Source: Clytia hemisphaerica (lineage: Eukaryota). Taken from it: 64,000 nt of DNA. Position numbers and translations under genes: made by a program. This document shows positions 10,857-23,460 of the stretch, piece after piece (position 1 is the stretch's first letter; each line of letters opens with the position of its first letter). The notes below the pieces were generated by a model. It was not told the origin of the DNA. It saw nothing but the letters and a program-made list of their open reading frames with translations, and ran no database searches. Where the stretch lies: the NCBI RefSeq assembly GCF_902728285.1, contig NW_027103286.1, positions 3,228,497 to 3,292,496 on the forward strand, read 5' to 3'.

Positions 10857-12478
10857 TACCGTGAGTGGTCCTAAATTAAATTCGACAGCCCTGCCTAAAT
10901 CCGATAGGGTCTTTCAGGCGTACCCAATCGATGAAATCGATACCACAAGTGTTACGCGTAAGCCAAATCGCGTATTACGAACAACCTCTAAATTGCCGAG
11001 TACAGGAGAAAAAAAATCGAAATTCAAAATGGCGGCCAAGGCCACGATGATAACTATCAAAAATCTTTGTTTTTCATTCAGCTATTGCAGCTCAATAAAT
11101 CAATGAAATAATTTGAAATAAAAAGTAAACAAACCTTGAACCTTTCATGAATCCAAATAAATAAAAGTATTCATCTAAAGTGAAGATTACATTTCAAAAT
11201 AAAACGATTTCCAAACCAACCTAAAGTAAGTCTCTGCCAACATAAAACTTCTCTGCGGGGTCACTGACAAGGAGTTACGACTTCAGACTTTAGATTCCAA
11301 TTCTTGTATAGGCTGCAACTACACTGCCAAATGATATGTCTTACAAAGACTTCCAATTGGGTCCCATAAGTTAAGAAAATGACATTATCTTATAGCACGG
11401 GGGTTCTGTTTTTAAAAACAAACTTCAAAATAAAATTGTTAATGAGCTTGTTACTTAACATATCACTTACTTACATAATTAATTTATGATATAACACCCC
11501 TTTCTTAAATAAATGGCCTCTTAAAGTCTTTTATGTTTGCCGCAAGAAGGAAGAAAAATTTTATTTGACCCCCGGTTTTTTCTCTCGTTTTCTAGCCATT
11601 TCGCGCGTGTTAGTGTAGACACAACTTTAATCCGGGGAAATGAAGCGTTTTCATTGGTCTAAAATTACAGATGGTCACGTGACCAGAGTTTTTATCCAGG
11701 GAAATGCCGTGGCCGCAATGTTTTGCTTTAGTGAGATTGACCATTTTGTTGTTTAGATTTGAGCGGGCGAAATTTCTGTACAAATCAAAATATGGCTTCG
11801 TTGGAATACCGGTTGAAACACTTGTGATACGGGAAATCAATCGATATTAATCGATCTTAATCGATAACAATCGAATTCAATCGATGGCTAAATCAATAAT
11901 AATCGAATTTAATCAATGAAAATCGATACCAATCGATAATAAAATTTTACGTTCCTATCGATTGGCCATGGATTAGTAATCGATCGATCATTGAGTACGA
12001 ACGACTTTTAGCGATTGACATCGATTAAATCGACAATCGATGTTATCGATTGGGTACGCCTGGAAACTAAAATAAAAACAAACCTTTCGCTGGCGCTGTG
12101 ACGCAACGAAGATACCAAAGTGTCAACTAAACTCAGAGATTTGATACATTGAACCAAATGAACCAAACAGAATTAACAATGATTGCTTCTTATAAAAAAC
12201 ATAATTTTTTATTGCAATATATATGTACAACGTCATAAATGACAGCAGTAACAGCATCATATAAAGTAATTATTATTTACAATTCACACTTTTTAAATTA
12301 CATTGATTGGCATCTTGACATTATAGCCATCTTGTTAGATGTTTCGTTTCGAGAGTTCTTGCAATAGTTTATCATTCAACTTGGAGAGGGAATGTTTGTA
12401 AACATAGAATTTTTTTCATAGCAGTTATTTGGGGGTCGTAATTAGGCAGGGCTGTCAGATTTAGGACCACTCACGGTA
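10857..12478. mobile_element. Non-autonomous TIR element of about 1.6 kb. TIRs are about 50 bp (TACCGTGAGTGGTCCTAAAT…GACAGCCCTGCCTAA.T.CGA…GGGTC). It encloses an AATCGAT-type satellite.
   Basis: The left end at 10857-10912 is the inverted complement of 12432-12478. A small related copy of 375 bp lies at 38277-38650. The internal ORF 10861-11106 is not credible. Confidence 0.55.
11820..12050. repeat. Satellite with a unit of about 11 bp (AATCGATnnnn) inside the 10857-12478 element.
   Basis: More than 15 tandem AATCGAT cores. Related AATCGAACG and TTCGATTACG arrays lie at 42590-43010 and 13780-13850. Confidence 0.7.
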
Positions 12479-12654
12479 GCTGACAGGATCAACTTTTGTT
12501 TTTTTGACAATTTTCAGGGTAGAAATTCGGAAATCTTTCAACTTTTTCTTCTACTTTTAGTCATTTTTGCCACTGTACAGAGGGTGAAAATAAGAAATTT
12601 TTCGATTTTTCGTTCTGACAGGGTCCAAAATTCAGCAAACATTCACAGTCAGGA

Positions 12655-12760
12655 ACAATGTCTTAGTTAGGACAATGGCCTAACTAGGACAATGGCCTAA
12701 CTAGGACAATGGCCTAACTAGGACAATGGCCTAAGAAGGACAATGGCCTAAGAAGGACAT
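12655..12760. repeat. Tandem repeat of 19 bp, about 5 units (GGACAATGGCCTAACTAGG).
   Basis: Exact tandem copies, with a partial inverted copy at 12765-12800. Confidence 0.8.
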
Positions 12761-15009
12761 TTTCTTTATGTCCTAGTTAGGCCATAGACAACCTAAGTAG
12801 GATATTTTTAATTTGAACCCCCATTTTAGATATTTTAGAGGAAAATGCGCATGCTAAAAACAAAAGAGTGACCTTTAATTTAATTGAATGTATGTTGAAA
12901 ATTTCTTCAAAATCTACAGAAGGGTTTTTTCTCTATGTGTCTTTAAATTTACAATATTATGCTCTTTAATTTAACTTAACCATCGCCACTTGGTCTACCA
13001 TAATGAAAATTCCCGATTTTACAAATAAAGGACTGTCTTCATCATAAAATTTTGGGTTTTTGTAACATGTAGACTACTGTAGGCTTTAGGGCTTGAGTTT
13101 TCAAACTATCAGTAAGATATTTCTTCATTCCTTCAACCAAAATATTTGAAAATCACCAAGAAACTTTATTTTTTGGTGCTCTTTCGATTGGCGATGGTAA
13201 GAAAGTGCGCATTTTGATTTTGATTTTGCGTTATAGGCAATTTCTACTTATTTCCTAGTTAGTATATACATGATGTCCTAAGTAAGACATCATCATCATC
13301 CTGACTGATTCAGATCCGACAGAATCCACTTTTCATACTCCAGCGGCACTTCCCCGTCAGCCGTCAAGTTCAGTGCCCCCTGTTCTATCTTCTTGTCTTC
13401 TTGTCATAACTGGCACTGTTGAACTAATTTCATACAGAGTGATCAAAAATATATAGTGAAAATTCTGATATTAGAAAAAACTAGAAACAATGAGCTAGTG
13501 ACTATACTAGCTATACTGATAATTTTATTGCCCTCGGCCCCATCTAACCATGGTGGGGCCTGCGGGTATCACTGTAAACCAAAATATCTCTATCAAGAAA
13601 TTTTCCGTCTCACAGAAAAAAACTGCTTTGACCACTAAGTTATGTCATTCAAAATTTCCAGACCACTAACCCCCGCCGGGTTAGTGAAAAAAGTTCGTCA
13701 ATACCCCTGTACAATTTTTTTTTGGAATAGCCCAATGCAATCAAATAATTGCCATTCAATTGTAAACCCAATGGGATCGTAATCGAATATTACCCAGGAT
13801 TTGCTGTTCCATTGCTTCGTTTCGATTACGTTCGATTACGTTCCAAAGCTCTTAGTCTAATTAGTCAGGGCGGCTTCCTTTAACTACACGACTGTGCCTA
13901 TACCCCGGACAGTCTGGGATGTCCGAAAAACTATTTTTCCCAGGACATGTGACTTGCACCACCACGCGCGTCCTGTAGAGGCTTGTTTCTGAAACCATTT
14001 TAATGTGCATAGTGCTTTGTTCCGAATTTGCATGTTTTTTTTGAAATTTGTCACCAGTCAGGCCTACTACCTTAAGGGAAGTAATTTTCGTGGTCTGAGG
14101 GTATGAAATTGGCGTTTTTTGCTAAACTTATTTCTACGGTTGACACCCACTTTTTGTTGAAATTCTTTTATTTCCCTAGGAGTTTTCAAGAGAACTTATA
14201 TATAGTAAAAATTATATTTCGCGAAAAAATTTCAGGGTAGACACCTAAAAACGCTAAATTAGTTCCTGCAAAAATTAGTTCCCTTAAAGTGATAGAAACA
14301 AAGCCACCTTACACCTAGATTCAGAATAAAAAGAAAAGAGAATCTCAATGAAATAAAAGAAATTACACTTTTTTGATGCATGGAGTTAGGCCCATTTTTA
14401 ATTTAATTGGACTTAATCAAACTTAAGCAAACTCCTTTTGGTGGACATTATGACCCTTTTATTGTGAAATAATGATAGACTTTTAGGCCCTAAAATTATG
14501 AAAGATTTATGAACTTACAGGTAGGCTGTTTTTTAATTTTAAACATGATTTTTAAAACACATGGAAAACACATATGGGGGCTAGAAAGCTAGTTAAAGTT
14601 TTTTTTAGCTTTTTTTCCAAGTGTGAAAGTCTGATTTTGAGAGAAAATAGTTTTAAGTTCAACTATAGGTCTACATTATTTAACTTCATCACATGTGAGT
14701 TGCATTTTCAAAAAAACATCAGGTATAAAGGTTTTCAAGCGTGAATTTTTAGATTTGATGTTATTTCCGGGGGTCTAAAATTTAAAGTGAATCCTTCATT
14801 AAGATGGGGGGTCTTCCAACCTCAGAGGGGTTTTTTATTTGTGTTTTGTGCCAAGGTTGGCCAATGATTTGATTTTCAAACGAATATTTTTTTTAAACCA
14901 GAACTATCTCAAAATTGCCAGAAGAGTCGATTATTGTCAAAAAAGAGTTTTTCTTGAATTTTTACATTTTTACATTTATTTGCCTTTTGGGCCAAATTGA
15001 AAAGTCCCG

Positions 15010-15932
15010 TTTCTGTCACGGAAGGAAATCAGAGCCTTTTTTGGCCTATTTTTGAAAAATGGTAAACTTAATGAAAATAGTATTAGTCCTGAATTAAACC
15101 CTTCATAGTATTAATACTTCCAAACCAAAATAAATTTCATAAAAGTTTTTCCTCGTTGAATGATTGAACTTTGAAGGTTCTGTCACGGAAGGAACGCAGC
15201 AAAGACATTAAAAAAGACAAAAGTATGCTGATTCAGATTCCTGTGAATTTAAAGAGAATTTTAAAACCAAAATACCACCAGAAGAAACTTATGTCTATCT
15301 GCTTGTCATTGAAAAAAGAACTGAGTCAAAAAAATTAATTTCAATGGCTACAGGCCTTTGCAACTGAGAAAGGTCAGTGTCACGGAAGGACACCTGTACT
15401 GGAGACTTAGTTAAGCTTATTCTGAGCTCCATACAGGGTTGATCTGGTTCCCAATGGTTCTAAACCTCCTAGGACACTCATCCTGCAATAAATTAGACCC
15501 ATTGAAGTCCAAGATTTCTAAAAATAACAAGATATTTTTAATCCGTCACGGAAGGACAAGGTGAAAGTGTCATGGAAGGACAATAATTTCAGACCTTGTA
15601 AGTGAATATGAAGGAGGTTGCTTTGGAATGTAATTTCATTTTTTGTTAGGGGGTACCAATAGTTAGAACTTGCAATAATATCAAGAATAGTGTACTTGCA
15701 CAAAACTGGTGAAAAAACTTTTTGTCTTGAAATTGTCACGGAAGGAATTCGATATTTGAAAAAATTTTCTGCTTGCAGTACTTTTTTGTTGTTTGACTTA
15801 TTTCAAAATGAACAAACCTATTAAACTAACTAAGGTATGTACTTGTTTTAAAACAACTTCATTTTTGATTAATCATTTTATTTTTCAAAAGAAAGTCCAT
15901 TATATTTTAACACTTGTCCTTCCGTGACAAAC
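15010..15932. mobile_element. Putative about 0.9 kb TIR element defined by TGTCACGGAAGGA at the left and its inverse TCCTTCCGTGACA at the right. Five further direct copies of the 12-mer lie inside.
   Basis: The motif GTCACGGAAGGA(A/C) occurs at 15016, 15182, 15378, 15546, 15573 (GTCATGGAAGGA) and 15736, and as a reverse complement at 15918. The ORF 15518-15739 is spurious. Confidence 0.35.
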
Positions 15933-16101
15933 CTCACTAGTTGTGTTTTGATATAATCACCTGATTACAGAGACTAAAAGTGCGACTCGGTTGATTTAAA
16001 AGTTGAAATTGGAAAATTTAAAAAAAAAATCAGTTACTTATTTTGTTTGTAAGATTTTTGATTTTGTGTTTTGGTTGACCACTTTTCAATTTGGCCCTTT
16101 T

Positions 16102-16724
16102 GGACCTACCCCGGTGGAGGTCCTATAAATTAACCTTTGTCCGTTCGTCCGTTCGTCTGTTCGTTATTAGCTTTCCTCATGATTGGCTCATTAGTTTTTT
16201 CTGATTTTTTGCACAAAGATTCATAACTATAAACCCTCGAATGTGACGGAGCCCGATTTTCAAAAAAAAAAAATTTTGGGCAAATTTGGGTCAAAAAACG
16301 GCTAAAAAACGGGTTTTTTGGACTTTGTGAAAAATTAGGTCGTTAATTTTTTCTGATTTTTTGCATGAAAGTAGGGTACCATCGTAGGTAAAAGATGGTT
16401 CAAGCAGATTTATGCAAAAAAATTTTGTTGGCTCAAAAAACGCATGTTTATCTATAAGAATCACTATTAATAAGCATACATCAATGTTCTTAGTCAAATT
16501 AATCAATTTTTTGATGAGATATGTTTTTTTTGCTCTCGAAGTCTTGAATATGAAAGAATATTTCAAGAGCATGAAATTTTGGTTTCTAAACGTGTTTTTT
16601 TATAAGAAATAAACAACTAATTTTAATAGATCGTCACTATTTGTGTTCTGAATGATTGTTTAATGGTCACGCTTTTATGTAGATATCAATTATATATGTG
16701 TTAAATGCATAACCAGGTAGGTCC
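16102..16724 (+). mobile_element. Non-autonomous TIR element of the GGACCTACC family. The TIR is GGACCTACC(TGG) … CCAGGTAGGTCC, with a subterminal (CCGTTCGT)n microsatellite. A tandem duplicate of its 3' 180 bp extends to about 17015.
   Basis: Both termini are visible. The body is nearly identical to 48077-49080. It recurs at 23461-25036, 27586-28053 (inverted), 4250-4620 (partial) and 1-43 (truncated by the window edge). Confidence 0.65.
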
Positions 16725-19700
16725 ATAAAAGTATCACTTGTTTTCATTAAATTTTCACCATCATAGCTCAATCTTTTGATAACAACTTTTCAGCTAAAAA
16801 ATGCTGGAGATGCGTTGGAAAAGCTGGTTTTCTTAAGATTTTACCATTATAATATTCTGATTTTTGGTTTCTAAACATGTTTTTTTATAAGAAACAAACG
16901 ACAAATTTTAATATATCGTCACTATTTGTGTTCTGAATGATTGTTTAATGGTCACGCTCACATAAATATAAATTATTATATAATTATGTGTTTAATGCAA
17001 ACCAGATAGGTCCATAGAAGTATTGCTTGTTAAAATATGGAGTGTATATAGGGGGATGCAATGTAAGGGGGCTCAGACCCCCTCTGCACACTGTTTAATT
17101 CATAAATGTATCACTTGTCTTTCCTAGAAGTCACCCTCTTGATCGACTCCCTCTATGATGCTTGGATACTACCGGATGGGTCGGTAGTACTAACATAATT
17201 TAAAGTCCAAATATCTTAGAAATGGTTAAGGATGTAACTAAAATTTTTTAACCAGGTATTATATAGACACTTTAGACTATTATTCTCTATAAGTTTTAAT
17301 AAGCAAAGTTAATTAAAAAATAAATCACAGTAGTGATTTTATTGAATGCCCCTAATTTTGAAATGTTGCAAAATTGACGTCGAAATTACGTATTTAAAAG
17401 TAGCTTACGTAATGCTACAGCTTTTTTATTAGTTTATAGTTTTAGTATATAGTTTTATATTTATTAGTATTTTTGTTACCCTTGCTTTGTCATTTTGTAT
17501 ATCCAGTGCTTTTACAACTTCATGAGTTTCATATTTGTTTCGGATAGTCACTAAAGGGTTCAGGTTTTCTGCTTTAATTATTTCAATGTAATGTTCAATG
17601 TTCTGTAGATTAACTATAAAAGTATCAATTGTTCTTTTTTTAAGCAAACGATCTAATTCTAAAAAAATTAAAATCACATGTATCTATGTTTTTCTGTCTC
17701 TTTAAAGATCAGCCATGTCCAGTTTGCTGGTCACTGCATTCGTGCATTCGTCTGCATTCTTCTGAGGGAAGCCTTTCCCTCTCTTTTTCTTATGAAGCCC
17801 AAGGGAGTTGCTCAAGAGAACATAGAATTATTTTTTAACTGCCACAGTGAACAGGACACTGCGCTTGAAACCATGAAAAACCATGGTAAACCATGGTAAC
17901 TGTCATTTTTGATACCAAATGATCGAATCCACCAACCCGACTAGAGTTATAAGGTTCCTTTCTGAGGAATAGTCTCTTTGGTTTTTGGGAGCTTTACCAA
18001 AGAAAAGTTATAGAACTTGTTGTTTTCAAATTAAGTCTGTTTTCCATTGATTTTCAGACCTTACAACGAATTACACAGCTATGTCTGCACATAAGGGGTA
18101 GTAATATTTGATTTTTAATAATAAGAAGGGGTAAACTGATCAAAGGGAAATTAAAGGCTATTAAGCTATTAAATTGAGCCATTTGATTTCGAAAGCTTGA
18201 AATGTTGATATATTTGTTGTGCGCTTTTTAACCTTTTAGTCCACTGCATCCTATTGGAGCTTTATTTATTTACATGTGGATGATGATATGGAGCTCACAA
18301 AATACTCCTGACTAATGGTCTGTGCCCAAAGAAACAGGGCCCAATTCACTCAAGAAGTTGAGACCATCCTTTTAACAAGCATTTGGAAAGCTTACGATTG
18401 GTTTTTAGGAGCTACACTATTTCAAAGCTTTAAAAAATAAAGAAATTTCTTTTCATCTCTTCGTGGCTTTTTCTTAATTATTTAATTTCCTTGTAACTAT
18501 TAAAAGTGTGTATATTACTATTGACGAGGTGACGTCAAATTTAACCTTGCTTTTGGTAAATCCAAATATTCTTTCTCCATCTGCCACACTTCATCGCTTC
18601 CCATTTATTTTCAATGTTTACTTTTAGGAAGAGGGACTAGTTTATAGAATAGATCGGAGGAAGGGATAGGACCAGCCCCTTCCCCTTAACACTTCCCTAT
18701 TTTCTTCTTCGGTCGTTGAATAGAAGATTTCGAAAGGAGACCCTCCTTCTTTTAAACGTGATATAAATTATTCATACATCTGACGATCTTTTTCGATTGA
18801 TTGAAAGGATATTGGGAAGAACCAAAGTTTTTTTTTTAGCTCTGTTCACTTCTGTGGGTGCATGGGAGTTTTTCAACACAAATTTGCTGACGATTCCTGC
18901 TCACGTCATCTTACATGCTTTTTTAGGTTTCTTGTATTTTTATATGTTTGTCCATACAGTTTACGCTCTCTGATTCCATTTTCAAGGGGAATCGGATTTT
19001 GATTAAGAGAATTATCGAATAGTAGAGCGTCGTTTATAAGTGTTTCTTGTTGAAGGTGGTTTTCAGTATGGAGTGTATCGAATAATAGAACGTCGAATTA
19101 GAGAGCGTCAGCTGTATTGTAATGACCAGTGGCTTGAAATCTTCACGCTAGATTTTGAATCAATGTGAATGACAATATTTTCTGTGATAATCTCGGATAA
19201 TCTAAAAAGTATTACTCGTTGAAATATTTTAATGAGGTGATGCAGAGGCTGCTTTTTGTGGTATTTATTTTTCTAGATCACAAACAAGGCCTGACCTGGT
19301 AAGCAAATATCATCTATGATTGATGCCTATAGGAATTTATTATTATACAGTTCTAGTTAGAGCAAAGAAAACAAAACCTGAATTTTCAAAGTTTCATCAG
19401 AGCTCTCAGGGAATATCTTTTCAATCTTGTTTAGTAAGATAGAAGTCTTACTTCTCTCTCAGAAGCCTCTCTATGGTCACATCCTAATCCTCTCGTCAAA
19501 ACGGAGGAACACAATCTCAAATTTTGCTATCAGAGAAAGAGGAGGTCAGGGTCACAATAGAGAGAGCATGTTACGTATTTTCCCTCCCTCCACCGTACTG
19601 TTATTTGATTGATCACCTTTTATCACCATGCTACATCAAGAGGCTTTGAGGGGGAGAACTCGTCTCTCTACCCTTTTGTGTGAAGACCTTCTTTCTTGCT

Positions 19701-22016
19701 GTTCGTGAGGTCGTATGTCTCCTATTACTTTGTATGAATGAAGGAACGGTTTCGATAGGGAAAGCCTCTTTCCTGCCTGAATTTTCTCTATTTCTCTCTC
19801 TTTCAACGGTCTCTGAGAATCTGTCTTGTAGTCAAGGGTTCTTTTACAGGGCAGAAAGAGCTTGTTGACTGGATTTTCATACTTTTCATTTTATGTTTGA
19901 TTCTGTTTTCAAGTTTTGTTTTAGGTTATGGATCTTGTAACTATATCTCTTGATTGAAGTTATGTGATTTCTTTATGTAAGGTGTAAACAAAGGAGAAAA
20001 ACTCTGCAGTCGAAAGTAGTGTAAATAAAGTGTGAAGAACAATGCAAAATGAAGATGAGTATCTAATGGCGAGCTCACGTCATGACCATTGTTACCAAGG
20101 CTCAACTTGCTTCTTTCAGTAAACATCGTGTTGTTATGAAAAACGTTCGGTCGTGAGTGTCAGGAGGTTGGCTCCTATTTACTATCATACAAAAGAGGTG
20201 TCAAACATTGAAATTCTTCAACACGCGCTTTCCATAATTAACTATCATTAGATGCTCATTACTTTGAACGAGGGTCATAATAATTATCATCAACCACCTT
20301 TTGAGTTGTTATCTTGAAACATATGTCCTGATTTGTTCTTCTGCTGTTTTTTTTTTGCGTTTTTGATGACAATGGTATTTTCTGGGGAGATGGATTTTAT
20401 CAGCACATGTCACATCACAAAACTCAGCCCATGGGTTAGTATCATTTTTCAATTATTGAAAGGAAAATAATTTTGCGTGTAACACAGGGGGTTTGAAGAT
20501 GTATAACCAGAAAGCTGTGTTTTCTCACGGTCCTTCTGATTATGAATCAGACCGAAGGTAGTAGAAGGCAGCTGTACACCTTTTCGGGAGGATGGTTGGT
20601 CGGCCATTCGGTATGTTTTTTGTTTGGTTAGAGCGTAGAGGTGGTTCGTGGTTGAATGTTCGTTATGCAGATTGTGAGTGAACCTTTTCTTCTTCTCAAT
20701 GCTTGTACATGTGTTAGAAATAAAAGTTCAGGCAGCTCCTCATTTCAATCTCGTTATATATGAACTGATTGTTGAAGTTTGTGATTGAATGTTCTTCGTT
20801 GATTTTGTGAAAAATATGAGACGCTTTCAAGGAGGTCATTTTCATCAGGTATTCATCTTCTTTCAAGTCATCTTATATTTCACCCATAGTTATTGAACAA
20901 TTAGTTTTATGTAAAGCATTGTATATAGTATAGTTAAGGTTTACACAATTAAAAAGTATTTGACCCTTATGTCCGCCTTCGACACGGAATTGATGTCATC
21001 TTATTTGATTACCTTTTTCCTTTTTAACTGAATATTTTGCGGTCGTCAATATTAAGTTAACGAGTTTACATGTTATCCGGAGTAGTTGAATGTCCAGTCG
21101 CCCACTTGAAAAATGTTTTGGTTACTTTAAGGGTGCGGAAATCCTTTGCTTCCGATGTCCGAGTGACGTGTACATGAAGTCTTAATTATATCAGCTTTCC
21201 ATTAAATGGTAATGACCCTCACCTTAACCGGATGTTGTGTGGTTGAAGTGCTTTGTCTCTTCGTATTATTATTAGACGTAACCTTACTGAAAGGGGCTGT
21301 TTATGGTTTGTAATGAGACTTGTACTATCAGTATTGGGTTATTCCTCTTCATGTTGCTATGAGGATATTTTCTCAATTTTTGAGATACTGTTTGAGGATC
21401 ATCTTTGGTATTTGTTAATTGAACGAAATTGAAAACATTTTTTATCTATCATATGGTTATGTGGTCATTTGATTTATGAAAATAGGCGGGGCTAGGAGAG
21501 TTTTGCAAACGGACATATAACTAAGAGTCGTTAATAATCCGTGTAATACAGTATAATTTTTACAGGGTGAAATTAGTTTGTGTATTAACGCAACGGTGGG
21601 GATGACACCTTCCAAAAAAGTGAAGAAGGGGGGATCAGAAATTTTCACTAAAAAGGGGGGATAGCAAGGAGGGGGGGATCGTTTAAGAAGGGGGGGCTTA
21701 CATATATTGTAGATTATTTTCCAGCACTGTTATGAAATTTGGTCTGCATGAAAGGAAGTTCTTTATTTTCACTAAAAAGTGGTAATTTTTTTGCCAGACT
21801 TAATTTTTCATTACTGTTTCCCTTCCCTTTTTATCATAAAAAATTTAGCTCGAAACCTTTGGGGGATAGGCATTTTTAAAAGGTTGGGGGAGATGCCAAG
21901 AGGGGGGGGGTCATGTAAGAAGGGGGGATCAGACCCCTTTCCGCACTATGGGTAGGTTGTGATAAGAGAGATTTGATGTGAACTAATTTGACCCAATTCT
22001 CTTTTCGTTTCAGCCG

Positions 22017-22850
22017 ATGAAAGAAATGACGCTGCCAACGATGCATAATTTGAACACGTCAGAATCTAACATTGTTGTTTGGAGAAAATGTACGCCTTTC
22101 TGTGATAAAACTGTCGAATGTCCTGAACATCATGAACTCTTACAAGCAATTGTAAATTGTACAGACCAATTAGGTCACTTATCGAACTTAGATGGCTTGA
22201 AAGCCTGTATAGAGAAATATCAGAGTATGGGTTGGGATCGGAATGATACCATCCCAGACCCTGTTGCTTCGAACAGGTTACCGTTGATCCACTGGGCAGC
22301 TTCTCTCGGTAAATGTAATGCTCTTGAGTGGATGCTAAGCAACGGATTCGATTCCACCGTTACGATAGGAAGTTTAACAGAAAACGCTTTGCACAGAACT
22401 ATATTATACCTTTATAAATCAAGGCCTAAATTTACAACGAAAGAACTGAAACCGAAATTCCGTAAAATATGTAATTTATTATCAAACTTAATGTATCATT
22501 CGGACTTAGGGAATGGAACTCCGTTACATTTAGCCGCTAGTTTGTTATGTAGCTCAGAGACCAGGCTAGTTTTCTTTCAAACAGCAATTGAAGTTATGGC
22601 CGCTCAGGCTAAGGAAATGAACGATTCGGATAGAATGGCGACTTTAGACGCTAAAAATAACGAAGGAAATACTTGTTTGCATATACTTGCTGGTGCTAAT
22701 GAGAAAATCAAAGTTGATCACGTTTGTACCGCCATTTCCGCCCTACTTCAATCGGGCGCTGATAAGACGATGAGAAATGCAAAGGATCAAACACCCTTGG
22801 ATATTGCCATTCAAAAAGGTTACAATAACGTCATCGATGAACTGGTCAAG
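22017..22850 (+). CDS. Ankyrin-repeat protein, exon 1 (278 codons from the ATG). It carries at least four ankyrin repeats: LPLIHWAASLGKCNALEWMLSNGFD, GNGTPLHLAASL…, NNEGNTCLHILAG…, DQTPLDIAIQKGYNNVIDELVK.
   Basis: Long ORF with ankyrin consensus blocks (TPLH.AA..G……LL..GAD). Donor GTCAAG|gtattg at 22850/22851. An acceptor-like cttttcgtttcag lies just upstream of the ATG, which suggests a 5'UTR intron. Confidence 0.8.
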
Positions 22851-23072
22851 GTATTGTTTGATAACTTTGAAATTTACTTTATCTGACATGTTCAACTCTT
22901 CGAATTGGCCGAATCCTGGACATAAATTGGTAACCTGAAACAATTAAAGTACTCCCCCTTATTGCATTATGGAATATACCTAAAAGAATTCTCCAATCTT
23001 TTCTAAAAATTATTAAGTCCAAAATTTTACGTTGACTTTTACTATGTTCTGATTTTCTTTTCTGTTTTTCAG

Positions 23073-23369
23073 ATAGTGAACCCATCAACGTCCTTGGTCA
23101 AAGAATCGCCTTCTTCGTCTACATCTCATCACGATTCACGCTCCCTCATGACCATGGTCGATATGCGAAGAGGTAGCCCGGTCTCCAACTCCATGATCAA
23201 TCTCAATCGCTCGGCATACGGTTACACGGAACGCAGGCGTTCACGCAGTCGTTCGCCCATTCGGTCACCGCGCTCTGAACGTGAACGCGAATCACCGCCA
23301 ATGGCCCACTCGAAGTATGAAGACTCAGCGAGGAACGGATTTCTCATTAAACAAGAGGACGAAAACGAA
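23073..23369 (+). CDS. Ankyrin-repeat protein, exon 2. It is S-rich and RS-rich (…ERRRSRSRSPIRSPRSERERESPPMAHSKYEDSARNGFLIKQEDENE), phase 0/0.
   Basis: Acceptor tctgtttttcag|ATAGTG at 23071-72. The frame is continuous with exon 1. Donor AACGAA|gtaggt at 23369/70. Confidence 0.7.
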
Positions 23370-23460
23370 GTAGGTTTCCTTAATTTTAAAGGCAGAAACC
23401 TTAGCGATTTTTTAGTTTTGGCTGCGAAAGTTTCTAACAAGCTAAGTAAAAATTCTTTTT

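Noticed and set aside
10861-11106. 81-aa ORF at the edge of the TIR element
   Set aside because: It starts inside the terminal inverted repeat. It has no transposase motifs and is too short for an autonomous element.
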